Shown in pieces: positions 45,964 through 57,963 of a DNA stretch of 64,000 nucleotides. The DNA is from Marsupella aquatica (lineage: Eukaryota > Plantae > Marchantiophyta), in the NCBI GenBank assembly GCA_973895155.1, contig OZ316895.1, positions 24,309,538 to 24,373,537 of the forward strand. The letters are read 5' to 3'. Below the pieces are notes generated by a model, which worked only from the letters and a program-made list of their open reading frames with translations, did no database searches and was not told the origin of the DNA. How positions within the stretch are numbered: the stretch's first letter is position 1; every line of letters starts with the position of its first letter. The translations under genes were made by a program, and so were the position numbers.

Positions 45964-48432
45964 AGAAACCCCTTTCCCGCACGCCCCCCTCAATGGACCC
46001 GCTCTCGCCTGTTTCCCTTCTTGCGCCCTGACTCCTACCTCGTTTCCCACCTCTTCGTCCTGCACGCCCCTGCTCTGCTCGAAGAATTACGCAACTCGGC
46101 CCCCAGTTCCCCCTTTCACTCAGTCCAATCCATCCTAAGGCACCCTTCATCTCGTACTCCACTCCGATCCAATAGAGGGGCTCGCGAGCTAGCTCGATCT
46201 CCCGCTCCCCTTCATCGATACTATCTCCCGCTCCCCTTCATCGATACAACTCCTTCAGCTAACGATTAGACCCCAAACCTCTTCTTCAGTTAACCCCTTA
46301 AACCCTCATCCGCCTACTCCTGCCTTTGCTGCACCTCGCCTGACAACTCGCCTTTACTACACTGCCATTGCTGCACCCGCAGCCATATCGTCTCGTCCCC
46401 TTTGTCCGCCTTGTTTCCGCTACGCTGCTGCTACACATGAATGAATGTCCCACCAAGGTCAGTTGTGGCTATGGTGGTAAGGAAGGCGGCAGTGTTGAAC
46501 TCCAAATTTCTTCTCGCAGAAACCTTTGATCAACCCGCTGTCTTGGAATTGAGCTTGTCTGAATCGAGATAAGCAGGCCGAGCTGAGCTACTCCAAATCC
46601 CAAATGCGATTCGGCGGGGAATTGATCTCCTTGGTATTCCACAATCCTCTCCTTTGCTATGCTCGTGTTGTCGTTACTCTGCCTTATTGTTGTTTTAGGT
46701 GAAGTGATCTCACACAGGGGCATATTTCAACAGAAAATAAAGGTCGCTTTACGAGATGTAGGGGCCCTGGTGACTTCTTTTCACCAAAGTGAACTCAGAG
46801 TCCTTAGTTTATTTTAGTGGTTCCGATTAGATAGTGCCCTGCTATAAGCCTTATTATTGTGCTATGAGCATTTTGTGACTTGTGAACTTCTTGTCTAGTC
46901 ATGCATTCCTACCTTAACATTGGTTGCCCTAAATGCTCTCCAAACTACAAATGAAAAACTCAGGGAAGCCGGAGGGGATTTTTGTCCCCCATCAATGAAA
47001 CCAAGGTTGACTTATGGGTCTGGGCAGGGGTGGGTACTGGAGAGGCAGTGGTCACGAGGCAGGGCCCTGGTTTCGGGAGGAGCAGGCCTCTAAAAGAAAC
47101 TGCTAGAGATGGGCATCAAATTGGGGACCACAACATGAAGTAAAGTAAAGGTGCCTTCATGATATCTTTCTATTTTGGTTGTATACAATAGAGAAAGCAA
47201 ACTCCCACATACAAATTTGGTCAATATCTTCGGAAAGCTTTATCTACAGTAGATTGAAAGGTAGAGGTGTTTGGAGGAATAAAGTAAAGAATGCCTACAC
47301 CATATCTAGCTCAAGTTTGGATGACACAGAATTTTATGCCAAAGGCACAGAGGATGTTCTAGTTCTTAACAAAAAAAAGGCATGAATTTGTGAAAGCCAA
47401 TGGTGGAACTGACAACACTGCCAGACAACATGAGATTAAACTTCAATTTATGAGGTTTCATCTCATTCACTCCTCACTGTTGGGTTTTGTTTTGCCAGGT
47501 ACACACTCGCCTGGTAGCCATATGTAAGTCAATAACTTAGGACGCAGGACAGGAGGCAGCTCTTCTTAACCACTCCAAAAGTTGCTTGAGTGCACTCCAC
47601 TGTGGTTTGAATTTGCCCACTATGAAGAGGTCTGCAGCGGGTAGAGACAGGTAGAAGGGCTGAGCTGATCGAATTGCCTTCAAGAAATGTTGCTTGCATT
47701 TCTCCCTGGCTGCTGGATTCTCCAGTGTTTAGCAACACTATTGATAATCTCTGTCGTTCAGCGGGACTGATGAATTGGGTGGAGAGGAATAAGTTGGTCT
47801 GGCATATTATTAGATAGTCATGACATTCAAAGGTCTAACATTATAAAATGTTAAATTGAGTGAACATCCAAAGTCCTTTAGCATTCCTGTCCACATTATT
47901 GCCCGGTCGTTCTCTGGAGGAAAATCTTGCTGCAATGAATCAATATATCGTGGCACCTACTTGTATAATTCCATTAAGGGAAATTGCACATATTATCGAT
48001 CTCCACTGCAATGGGACATCGTTCGTTCTTTCACAGAAAAGCAAACTGAAGGAATTTGTGCATTTCGATAAAGAGCTACGGAGTGAAGTCGATTAAGCTC
48101 ACAGTATTATCCTATATACTCGGCAGGTATTCGGTGCTCACTACTCTCATTCTCTTCCACTGTATTTCAGCTTTCTAATTAATTTTCCGTCCACGCTAAC
48201 GAGATTGAAACCTTAAGATTGAAACGAGATTGAAACCTTGAGAGAAGTGGCTCTTTCCAAACAGTAGATACATCAGGTTCGCTCTGTGCTACTTGGATTC
48301 TAGGTCTGATATTTCTTGTCAAAAGTCTACCTATCGTGAGGAGGCATTCAATTCATGTTCGGAAAATCGTTGTGTGTCCCTGTTGGGCCTGCCACAGGAC
48401 ATTCTGCTTGATCAATACAAATGGATACCTTT

Positions 48433-49866
48433 TCACGGTGGAATCGATTCTACAAGATTACTCAGTGCTTTCTTGGTGCTTCCTCCATCTGTCAAACTTG
48501 CTTCTGCCTTCTTCTTCAGCTCCTGAACTCTAGCCCTCAACACGCTTCCTTCATCCGACAGGAGAAGTCTCACTGCCTCCTCAAGTCCTACGTGTGTCCT
48601 GGGACTTCTAGGAGTTCTACTTCTTATTTCGACTGCAACTTTCAGCACATCCACCAGGTACCTACAGTTTATGAACTGATCATTAGGCAGTTGAGGCCAA
48701 CATGCCATTGGCACGCCCGAACTTATGCTTTCCAAAATGGAGTTCCAGCCACAGTGCGTTACAAAGCCTCCGACAGCAGGGTGTTGCAGGATTTGTAGCT
48801 GCGGCACCCATCCACTGACCACCAATCCCTTTTCTCTCGTTCGCCCTTCAAAACCGGGGGGAATTGCGTCTGCCATGCCTCGGGATGCCACCCACAGGAA
48901 ACTTTGCTCACTAGCCTCCAGAGCCCGGGCTAAGTCCTCTACTTGATGGGGAGACAAGTGAGCTACACTGCCGATGCAGATATAAATGACTGACAGAGGC
49001 GGCCGTCCATCGAGCCATTGCAAAGAAGCAATTCCTCGTTTTTTGTCCGGCACCTCAAGCGACCGATCCTTGAAGTTGGCAGCGTTCGAAATGGGCCCAA
49101 CCAGAAATAATTTCGGAATCTTGCCTGGAGACACGTCGTTCCAAACCTGTTGCATTACGTCAATCTGAGGGGTTTCTAGCTCGTAAAAGGTGTTCACAAT
49201 CACGGCATCAGCTTCGTTAATATTACGTCCTATGTCAAGGTCGGTAACGGAGGGGTTTCCATTTATCTGCCACGCCCTCGGGGGAGGTTTCAGCATATCT
49301 CGATACTCTAAGGGAGGGAGACCAGGTATGTTCAAATAGCCCTCAAATTCTTCGAGATATGGACCTCTCCCTGGGTCGCGCTTGATGATCAATGACCCGT
49401 CACCAATCAGCAAAAAATGTGCTTGTAGAGCTCTCACATAGGTCGCTCCACAGCTGAAAAACTGATAATAAGGAACGCTCAACTCCCTGGCTGTATCTAT
49501 CATCCACGTCAGGAACCGATCTGCGATGATGCAGGTAGGTCCAGCAATTCCTCTCTTCCTATCGGCCACCAACTTGTCAAGGACGGGCTGGAAGTGGCTT
49601 CTTGCTGCAGCCAGTCCCTTGACGATGTCCAACACCACGTTTCCACTTGGCACGGGATTCTCGACTCCAAAATCCTCGTACGAAATTAGATTGAAGTCAA
49701 GTCCTTGCAAGTCATCGAAACTCCTCACGAGCGCGATTAACTTTCCGGAACCCACGAAAGTGACGGTGACATCTCTCCTCGCAATCTCCAAAGCAAACCT
49801 GTATATCCCAACGAAATGGGCCTGCAAGAACACCGGTACAACCAATGCATGCTTTTTCTTACCCAT
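48433..49866 (-). CDS. UDP-glycosyltransferase (GT1 family), copy B, 477 aa, intronless
   Basis: Clear paralog of copy A. QAH, IIADRF, PSPG box WVPQLQILQH...THCGWNS...WPQLPNDQ. Confidence 0.95.
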   Translation of the reverse strand: MGKKKHALVVPVFLQAHFVGIYRFALEIARRDVTVTFVGSGKLIALVRSFDDLQGLDFNLISYEDFGVENPVPSGNVVLDIVKGLAAARSHFQPVLDKLVADRKRGIAGPTCIIADRFLTWMIDTARELSVPYYQFFSCGATYVRALQAHFLLIGDGSLIIKRDPGRGPYLEEFEGYLNIPGLPPLEYRDMLKPPPRAWQINGNPSVTDLDIGRNINEADAVIVNTFYELETPQIDVMQQVWNDVSPGKIPKLFLVGPISNAANFKDRSLEVPDKKRGIASLQWLDGRPPLSVIYICIGSVAHLSPHQVEDLARALEASEQSFLWVASRGMADAIPPGFEGRTREKGLVVSGWVPQLQILQHPAVGGFVTHCGWNSILESISSGVPMACWPQLPNDQFINCRYLVDVLKVAVEIRSRTPRSPRTHVGLEEAVRLLLSDEGSVLRARVQELKKKAEASLTDGGSTKKALSNLVESIPP

Positions 49867-50417
49867 CCTAATATCTGGACTGAATCCGGCTCTTCAGCCG
49901 TGAGCCGACCTGCTTCGATTGCTCTCGCTCGATCTGCAGCTTCGTGACTAGCGAGCTAAACAACTGCAAAACAATTGGTAATTTCGGCTTCGACTGCTCT
50001 CGCTCGACCTCCTGATTTGTGACTACAAAGCTAAACAATTGCAAAGCAGTTGTATTTTTGAATCAAAAACGTTAAGCATTGCTTCGACAAAGAAATGAAG
50101 CCGGATCAGGATGGTGTACCGTGTAAGTTTTGGGCTAACGAACCAGAGCATGATCCGAAAAATGGAACTCAAAGTATGGCAGACTACGAGAATAACCACA
50201 GAGTGTTGCCCTGCCTTATCCGCTGTTTACAATAAACTTTACAGTCCTTGCAAGTGGCACCTATTCACTGAATCAATACGAAGTATAATATTAAGTAAAT
50301 GTACGAAGTATAATACGAAGTATAATGTATAAAGTATAATACTAAATAAATGATTTGTTATATAGCATGCTTATCTGGAACATGCTTCATTTTTTGTTTT
50401 TTTAGTGATATACAGGT

Positions 50418-50511
50418 GTTCTAATTAAAATATAAACAATACATTGACTAGGAAGATAGTAGAGTTCTAATTAAAATATAAACAGAACATGGACTAGGAA
50501 GATAGTAGAGT
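50418..50511. repeat. Tandem duplication, ~46 bp x 2
   Basis: GTTCTAATTAAAATATAAACA..ACAT.GACTAGGAAGATAGTAGA twice. Confidence 0.9.
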
Positions 50512-52187
50512 CTATGATATTGAAACTTGTGCACATAAGGTATAAAAATAAAAATACACATACAAAGAAAAATAATAATAAACAGGAAAGTTTATGGTAT
50601 TGGGATGTGCACATAATGCACATGAGTAGAGATACTTATGTATGGTAATGACACTCAAAATAATTAAAACCATAAATTTAACACATAACCATGAGTAGTA
50701 CTTAAAAAATAAGGTGTGCACAGTATTTAGATCATTTTTTCTGTATTCGTGAGAATCATTACTGACCCCACTAGAGGTCCCTTCCAAAATTCCTGGCACC
50801 ACAGTGTGCCACGTCAACAACAACCGCAACAAACAGGAACGAATTGGTCTCCACAATGAAATTATGCCCACATTCGTGTTTGCGACAAGATTTTGGTAAA
50901 ACTGGGGATGCCATGCCGTAAAAATTCATGTAAACTTGGTATACAATTAACCGTATTATTTACCTTTAGATAATAAATTATTGAAATTGAGATAGACAAT
51001 AACCGTTTTTTCAACCCCTAAATAACGGAATGCACAACATTAAGTAATAACAATAACCATTAAGTAATAATTAAAAAAATATTAAAAAATTAAATGTGTA
51101 ATCGAAAGTAAGTAAGCACTTCTCACTAGAAACAATTAAGTAATTAACGTCCACTACAATCCATCCTGCCCGCAATCCAAACTGTAACGAGCGCTCCTCC
51201 GTGCCACAACCTCTGCACGAATTCTCGTTGTTGATTTTGATGGTGATGGTGCGGTGAATGTGTGCACACGCAATGTTGAGAGAAACGAGAAGGTGAGAAA
51301 GAAGCTGCCCGATCGAAGACTCGATAACAAAGAAACCAGAAGAGAGATCATTTCATAAGGACCGGGGCAGAGAAGAGCGGAAAGGCAGCGACTTGAGCAG
51401 AAGAAAAAGGCAAAAGCAGATCGATCGAGACAGAAAGAAAAGTGAAACTGAACCCCGATCTAAGGCCGAAAACTCACAAGCAAAAGAGAGAATTGAAGCA
51501 GCAGAAGCATCGGGAGGCACTGGCGAAAGAGAATTGACAAGGAGATTTGAAAAGCACAGAAAGAAAAATCGAGAAACGAAATTGAAAAGAAAGAACATAA
51601 TCGAACAGACTGAAGAAGTACCGATAAGGACTTGAGCATAGAACCGAGGGCACTCGATGAAGAAAGCTGAGAGAACGACTGAGAAAAGGCATGACTAACT
51701 AAGGCAAAAATCAAAAATCAAAGAACGAGAAATAGAAGCGCCAGCCCCGGAAGGAACTCAAAACTGAAATCGAACAAGGTCAACTTTCATTGTTGAATCC
51801 TTCTCTTGATTCTGACTTGTTAAGGCTTTTAGGGATTGGATTCGTCAGACTCTTGCTTCTTGCTGTACTTGACGAAATTCAATTTCCGAGTAGTAGCGTC
51901 GAGAGCTTCCGCACTAGATTAGCATGAATTGACTATTTCCAAACCTGACACATTTTGGCTCAGGCATTTTAACTTTTGTGGAAGAAAATGGTCATCAGCT
52001 TTGCTCTGTATGGAGAGAGACTGACGGCCCCACCGTCTTGTAAAGCCCCCTGAGTATCTCTCTTGTGTTCGAGGTCTCCTTTGTGTTTCAAGCGCGGATG
52101 AAATAGTCATAATATTAATCATGCTAGTTTCAGTTCCACCCCTCACAGTACCTGTGCTCCTAGACTTACTGTCTAGATGCATCACTA

Positions 52188-52559
52188 GGGCATCTCAAAG
52201 TTGATGTCTCCTGTGTTTTTCCAGTCAGCCGTTCCAAGAATTGAGATCAGCAACCTACACCAAAACCCAACTTTTGGGCCAACTCAATACACAGGGTTTG
52301 GGGGCTGAATCAAAGGTTTGGGACAGTTTTAAACATGCTCCCGCAGGTCAACTGCACACCGACAATGTTTTAACGGTTGCTGACGATTTTTGAAGGGCAC
52401 ATATTGTGCAAAGCAAGTTTCGGTGTGGACAGCTGTGCCCTGACCGCCTGAGTTACTGTCGGTTACCTTTTGTGGGTACCACATATTTTTGGTCCGTGAC
52501 CCGGCATGCAACATTTTGACCACAGGAAGCCTCCGGGAATGAGCTTGTTTGAGATGCCC
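52188..52559. mobile_element. Tourist/PIF-like MITE
   Basis: Perfect 12-bp TIRs GGGCATCTCAAA / TTTGAGATGCCC. Confidence 0.65.
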
Positions 52560-54720
52560 TTTGAGAGACTGTAGGCCCTTCCTAGCTTTCACTAGTGCTT
52601 TATAAGAAAGATAGACTCCAATTCAAAATTCTTCTAAAAATGCAATTCATTGAAGCCTTTTTCTTGGGCCAATAGTGCCCTGATGAGGCATTAGGTTGTA
52701 TTTTGAACTAGCCCAATGCCCGTGCGTTGCACGAAAGATGTCAACGTGATAAAAGATACCAGGGAGGGAAATGATGTTGAGGAGGCAAGGCAAAAAAATA
52801 GAAGTTTTGTGATCATGTAGTTGTTGAGGTATGTTATGTGTGATCCCGTCGACCTGCAATGTTGTGGTTCTGTTCAATAACCCGTGCATGACACATAGAA
52901 ATTGGAGATGCGAGATAGTGGCCACCCGAGTGGCCACCGCATCATAAAGTCCAAGCATAATAGAGTGACACCAAAAAAGGTGTTTTTTTTAAGTTTTAAA
53001 TTTCTCGAGAAAGATTTTTTGTCTACATTTCATTTAGATTCTTCTAATTATAATATTTTAATTAAGTTTTAATCTTGGTCAAGTGCAGGCAAGCTAAAGG
53101 GCAGCTTGGGCAGGCATTTATTTTAGATGGTGTGTATGGAGGTGTGTATCGATAGATCTGACAGTGTCAAAAACATAAATGGTTTAATGAAGGGTCAGGA
53201 TTGGTTGTCGCTTTTTATTGGGTCTGTGAATGGATGATCCCCTTTTGGCGGGATAGGGTATTATTTTAGTAGTGGCTGTCAAGAAAAAGGCCCTCGTAGT
53301 GGACTATTTTATAGTAAATAATTGATTTATAGATTGAAGTGAAATACACATAACAATTGAATTAAATCATTAATGTGTTATTTATTTCTAAATTTAATTA
53401 ACAATTATGTCTCTTGAATAAGCCTTTCCATCTAACCAATCACAAAAAGAATAAAAGTCATTTGATTGACCAAAAGTGATTTTTGGAATGGACAGCCCTC
53501 GCTGCTCTCGGGAATAGTGGTAGTTATGGTGACCTGGATAGACGGCTTTAAACATCTTAGTTTGAACATGGACAACGAGAAAACATTTTGAGTCGGGGCA
53601 AAAATGCTGAGGAGAGGTAGGTGAGGCAAGGATTGCCGCCAAGTCATTGTGGCACCGTTATTAGGTGTGCAAGTGTAGGTGGCAAAAATATTCAAACAAT
53701 ATAAAGCATTCCTCCTGACAAAGGCATAATGCGTGAACCTTGGAATACAAATGTCAAGCCATGTGTTTGATAGCCCAATGCTGGTGCATTGCACAACATT
53801 GTTGTGAAATTGCCATGTCTCGTTTATTGGCACGAGAACAAACGTTGCATAGAAGATGTCCTCATGAAAAGATGTTGTTATGTTAAAAATGTTGATCGAT
53901 GCAAAAAGGATGTCGTTGCATAAGGTTGTCATGCAAAAATTAAAGTTGTTGAACATAATTGTTTATGAGCAAAAGTATTGTTCTTTGTAAGTGTTGTTAG
54001 CGTTAGCAAAGATTGTCACAGGGAAATTGTCCATGCAAAAAGGACATTGTTTAAATAAACTTTCAAGCGTGAATTCTTGGGATGGGAAAGAGATGGAAAT
54101 TGCATACAAAATCATGAATGCAGTTGATACTGAAAATTGTGATCCAAAAAGAGTATGATAAGAAGGCATAAAATTATGATTCTCATGCCTTGGGCAAGGT
54201 GTTATCCATCCATGCTAAATATGATTGGTACTACAAATTATGGACAGAAAAAAGTGCAATTAAACATGAAATTTTGTGACACCAAGGTGTTGTAAAAAGA
54301 GTGATCTTGTCACCACATTGACTTTAAAAAACCCACACAAACAGGAGGGTGTTTCTCATTCCCCTTTAAATAAATGGATATCATAAAATAAAAATCTAAA
54401 AATATGTGGGGAATGAATCTTGTGCCCTACCCCTTGGTAATAACTAATGCTTTTGTAAGTATCTTCATTTGTACTTTCTTTCTCATTAATTACATTATTT
54501 CACATTACCACCTGTCGGTTTGCCTTTACCCATGGTGAGTTCTTTTTGGGAGATGTGATGATATGCAAAAATATTTAAATTGGAATGTTTTCTTTTTAAA
54601 TTGGACCTTGTATCCATGTGCAACTCTCCATCTCCCCACTCGTGGCATTTACTTGTACGTGATCCAGTACTTGATCCAATGCTGTCTCACACCGGGCCTC
54701 CTTACAGGAATACTTACGTG

Positions 54721-55064
54721 TGTTAAGGATTGCTCTTAGTCTTGTGACTCATAGGTTACGGCACTTAGGCTAACCACAGTTAGGATCTTAACTGAGGTTA
54801 GGTTAGTCGTGTGTGACCTTGTATATACCAGGGCTAGTGTAAGCCGCTGGTGTGGTGTGCTTACTCATTGTAATGGAGCAACTTGAGGAAGAGGAAGAGC
54901 ATGTGTGTTTGTCTACTCTTGAAGTAAAGCTTGAGTGTTTGTGTGGACGTAGCCCCCGACGTAGCCTTGGAGAAGAGGTGAACCACGTAGAGATTGTGTC
55001 GACTACGTGTGCATGGAATGAGTCATGGTTGTATGGTCGTTGCGAATGACGTAATAGTTGAACA
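54721..55064 (+). mobile_element. Solo LTR (344 bp), same family as 38937-39280
   Basis: TGTTAA...TGAACA termini. Flanks ACGTG/ATGTG form a 5-bp TSD with one transition. Confidence 0.85.
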
Positions 55065-55867
55065 ATGTGGTGCCTCTGGTCCCTTTCTTATTTTGGATGA
55101 TCTAACGATCAAGAAAATTGACATGTTATATCCGATGGTTTGGAATTAATCCCGCCTTTTCACTTTTTTGTAAGCAGACAAAATCAATCTCGCCTTTTCA
55201 CTTTTTTGTAAGCACAGAATCCCAAGATTTGGCAGGATGTCATATTATAATGTGTAGATCTTCAATATGATAAGAATAGTTGGATATCCATTTGTTTAGT
55301 GCTCAGTAGGGTTTTAGTTCCTTTGCAATTGGTGGAGGGGGGGGACCCTTGGGCTGTTTTTGTTCTTGGTCTTTCGGGGATCATGGCCTTGTTTTCTCCT
55401 CTTGATTGTCCTGCCTTTGGAATCTTGTCTCCCTGTCTGGCCCAATTTGCTCTGTGGCAATGTGATCTACACATTCATAAGGGTTGTCATTGCCAAACTG
55501 TGGTGGTTGTGGGCAGGGACTGCAGAATCTGCTCAGGGCTGTGGTGGGTAGAAATCTCCTTGCCAGACAGGGTGGTGTCAGCAGTTGAGGAACTATGTTA
55601 GGTCCGTCTGCAAGACAGGCCGAATAGCTGCCCTTGAAAGATCACTTACCGGACAGCAAGGTGTAGGGGAAGTCAAGGGCAAGGGTCATCAGGGGGCATT
55701 GTTCTTAGGCAACCTTTTTCCAGAACACACCTCTGGCCAATTTGATGGTGGGGAGAACACTTTTGGCACGCATCCGACCACCGATGTGGATCCCAGCTAG
55801 ATCAGCATTTGGATGTTGATCATCACATTATTTCACAGAAGTCACCTTTAGCGAGTCCTTAGTTTAC

Positions 55868-56170
55868 TACCATAGTGCCATCCACCCATCCTGCTGTGCG
55901 CGCAACCCAAGCAGAACCTTAATTATCTTTTATTTTAGTAAATAATGCAAATACTATTTTGATGTTTTCAAATAATTTCCAAAATAACATATACACTAAA
56001 AGTCAGTGTTTACATCACAATGCTTAGAATATCATTAAAATATACATGAACTGTTTTTAGAGGTTTCCCAAGACCCCAAAGCGTTTTGTTAGTGGGGCCG
56101 AGTTTATTTATTAATAAGAAATTATTCTTTATTGTTGATTTATTTCGTAAACCTGGATGGCACTACAGTG
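55868..56170. mobile_element. MITE with CACTG-type TIR
   Basis: TIRs TACCATAGTGCCATCCA / TGGATGGCACTACAGTG. Absent from the paralogous flank at about 46800-46830 (empty site). Confidence 0.65.
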
Positions 56171-56252
56171 TAGTGATTCAGATTAGATAGTGCCATGCTA
56201 TGAGCACCAGATAGTGCTATGCGCATTTTGTGACTTGTGAACGTCTTGTCTA

Positions 56253-56576
56253 GGGGTAATTGTAACGTTCGAGCAAACAGTAAAATTTTTCCTCACACCA
56301 GCAAAAACAAATCCTGCATGTCCCCTATTTTTCTACATGCAACTACCTGGCTGTGAACTACCTGGTTGATACATCGCTTTTGGGGACTCCCTTTTTGCCA
56401 ACTAGCTCCCTAGCCATCTGGACTCTTTAAAAAAACACAAAAAAATGAAAAAAAAACACCAAAAAAATGTAAAAGGCACCAAAAGAAACTGAAATTTGTA
56501 ACCATTTTTGTCTAGCTATCAAAATAAATCTCCTCCCTATCAAAATCTCCTGTTTGCTCCCAACATAGAATACCTC
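56253..56576. mobile_element. MITE with 8-9 bp TSD (hAT/Mutator-like)
   Basis: Imperfect TIRs GGGGTAATTGTAACGTTCGAGCAAACAG / CTGTTTGCTCCCAACATAGAATACCTC, direct repeat CTTGTCTA(G) on both sides, single copy of the site at about 46890. Confidence 0.65.
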
Positions 56577-56708
56577 CTTGTCTAGAAGGGCTTTGACACA
56601 CAGTCCTCTTCCAACATTTGGTGACCTAATGCCTCCCAACATAGAATACCTCCTTGTCTAGAAGGGCTTTGACACACAGTCCTCTTCCAACATTTGGTGA
56701 CCTAATGC
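56557..56708. repeat. Perfect tandem duplication, 76 bp x 2, spanning a MITE end and its flank
   Basis: CTCCCAACATAGAATACC...GGTGACCTAATGC at 56557 and 56633. Confidence 0.95.
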
Positions 56709-57348
56709 AGTACAAACTACAAAGAAACGCAGAGAAGCCAGAGGGCATTGTTGGTCGATCTCCACTGAAACGAGACATCCTTCGTCTTTTGCAGAACAGC
56801 GAACTGAAGGGAGATGCGCAATTTGAAGCATAGCTACGGGGTGAAGTCGATTAACTACTTCTAGAGGTCATAAGTTTTCCGTCCACCCTGATGACGAGAT
56901 TTGAAAGCTTAAGGAAAATTGAGACAGTATCCAAACAGTAGGTACATTAGGTTCGCGCTGTGCTCCTTCAATTCTATGTCTGACTTTTCAGTATTGCACA
57001 AAGTTCCAAACAAGACAAGTTTTCGTCATCTGCGTGCCCTGAAGTGTAAACTGTCAAGTCAGTTGTAAAACTAAACTAACGCAATTCGCGATCACCTCAC
57101 TCAGGTGAATCTTTCACACAATTGAATCGTTTGAAGTCTTCCAGAGACGCACTTTAGTCGACAGAATGTCCTACAGAACTGTACATGCTTTCAATGGGAG
57201 CTAATAATTTGCTTTAAGTCGAGTAGTAACTTTGTCCAAAGTCTACCTCTCGTTAAGAGGGATTCAATTAATGTTCGGAAAATCATTATGTATCACTGTT
57301 GGGCCTCCCACAGAACATTCTGTTCGATCAATAAAAATTGGTACATTT

Positions 57349-57522
57349 TCACGGCGGAATCGATTCTACAAAATCATTCAGTGCTTTCGTGGTGCTTCCT
57401 GCATCTGCCAAACTCGCTTCTGCCTTCTTCTTCAGCTCCTGAACTCTAGCCCTCAACACGCTTCCTTCATCCGAGATGAGAAATCTCACTGCGTCCTCCA
57501 GTCCCCTACATGCGTCCTGGGA
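57349..57522 (-). pseudogene. UGT 3'-terminal fragment (copy C)
   Basis: Encodes GLEDAVRFLISDEGSVLRARVQELKKKAEASLADAGSTTKALNDFVESIPP*, matching the C-terminus of copy B. Homology stops abruptly at about 57522. The downstream flank is also homologous to that of copy B. Confidence 0.85.
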
Positions 57523-57963
57523 TCTTGCACGGTATTTAAACTTTTTAATTAAGAAGAAAAAGCCGTCATGACGAGATTGAAAGCTTATGAAAATTAGAAA
57601 GAAGAGGCTCTTTCCAAAGAGTACATACATCAGGTTGGCTCTGTGCTGTTTGAATTTTAGGCCGGATTTTTCAGTATTGGACAAGTTCCAAACAATACAA
57701 GTTCGCGTCATATGCGTGCCCTAAATGCTAAAAGTTCTTAAATCACTTGCAAATGTGAACTAACACAATTCGCAATAATCTTTTGCACACTTCAAACGTT
57801 TCAAGTCTTGTCGGCAGAATACGCCAACAGAATATACTTTAGAATTCTACATAATTTCAATCGAGAAACCATTTTTATTTCTTGTCAAAAGTATTTCTTG
57901 TCAAAAGTGTCCTGTTAGGCCTGCCATAGAACATTTCGTTTGGTCATAAAAATCGGTACCTTC

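Noticed and set aside
45340-46065. 241-aa ORF as an independent gene
   Set aside because: Its 5' part is exon 1 of the PPR gene and the remainder reads through the pyrimidine-rich intron.
38937-55064. Single 16-kb LTR retrotransposon carrying the PPR and UGT genes
   Set aside because: Each LTR has its own distinct TSD and no PBS/PPT/gag-pol is visible, so they are independent solo LTRs.
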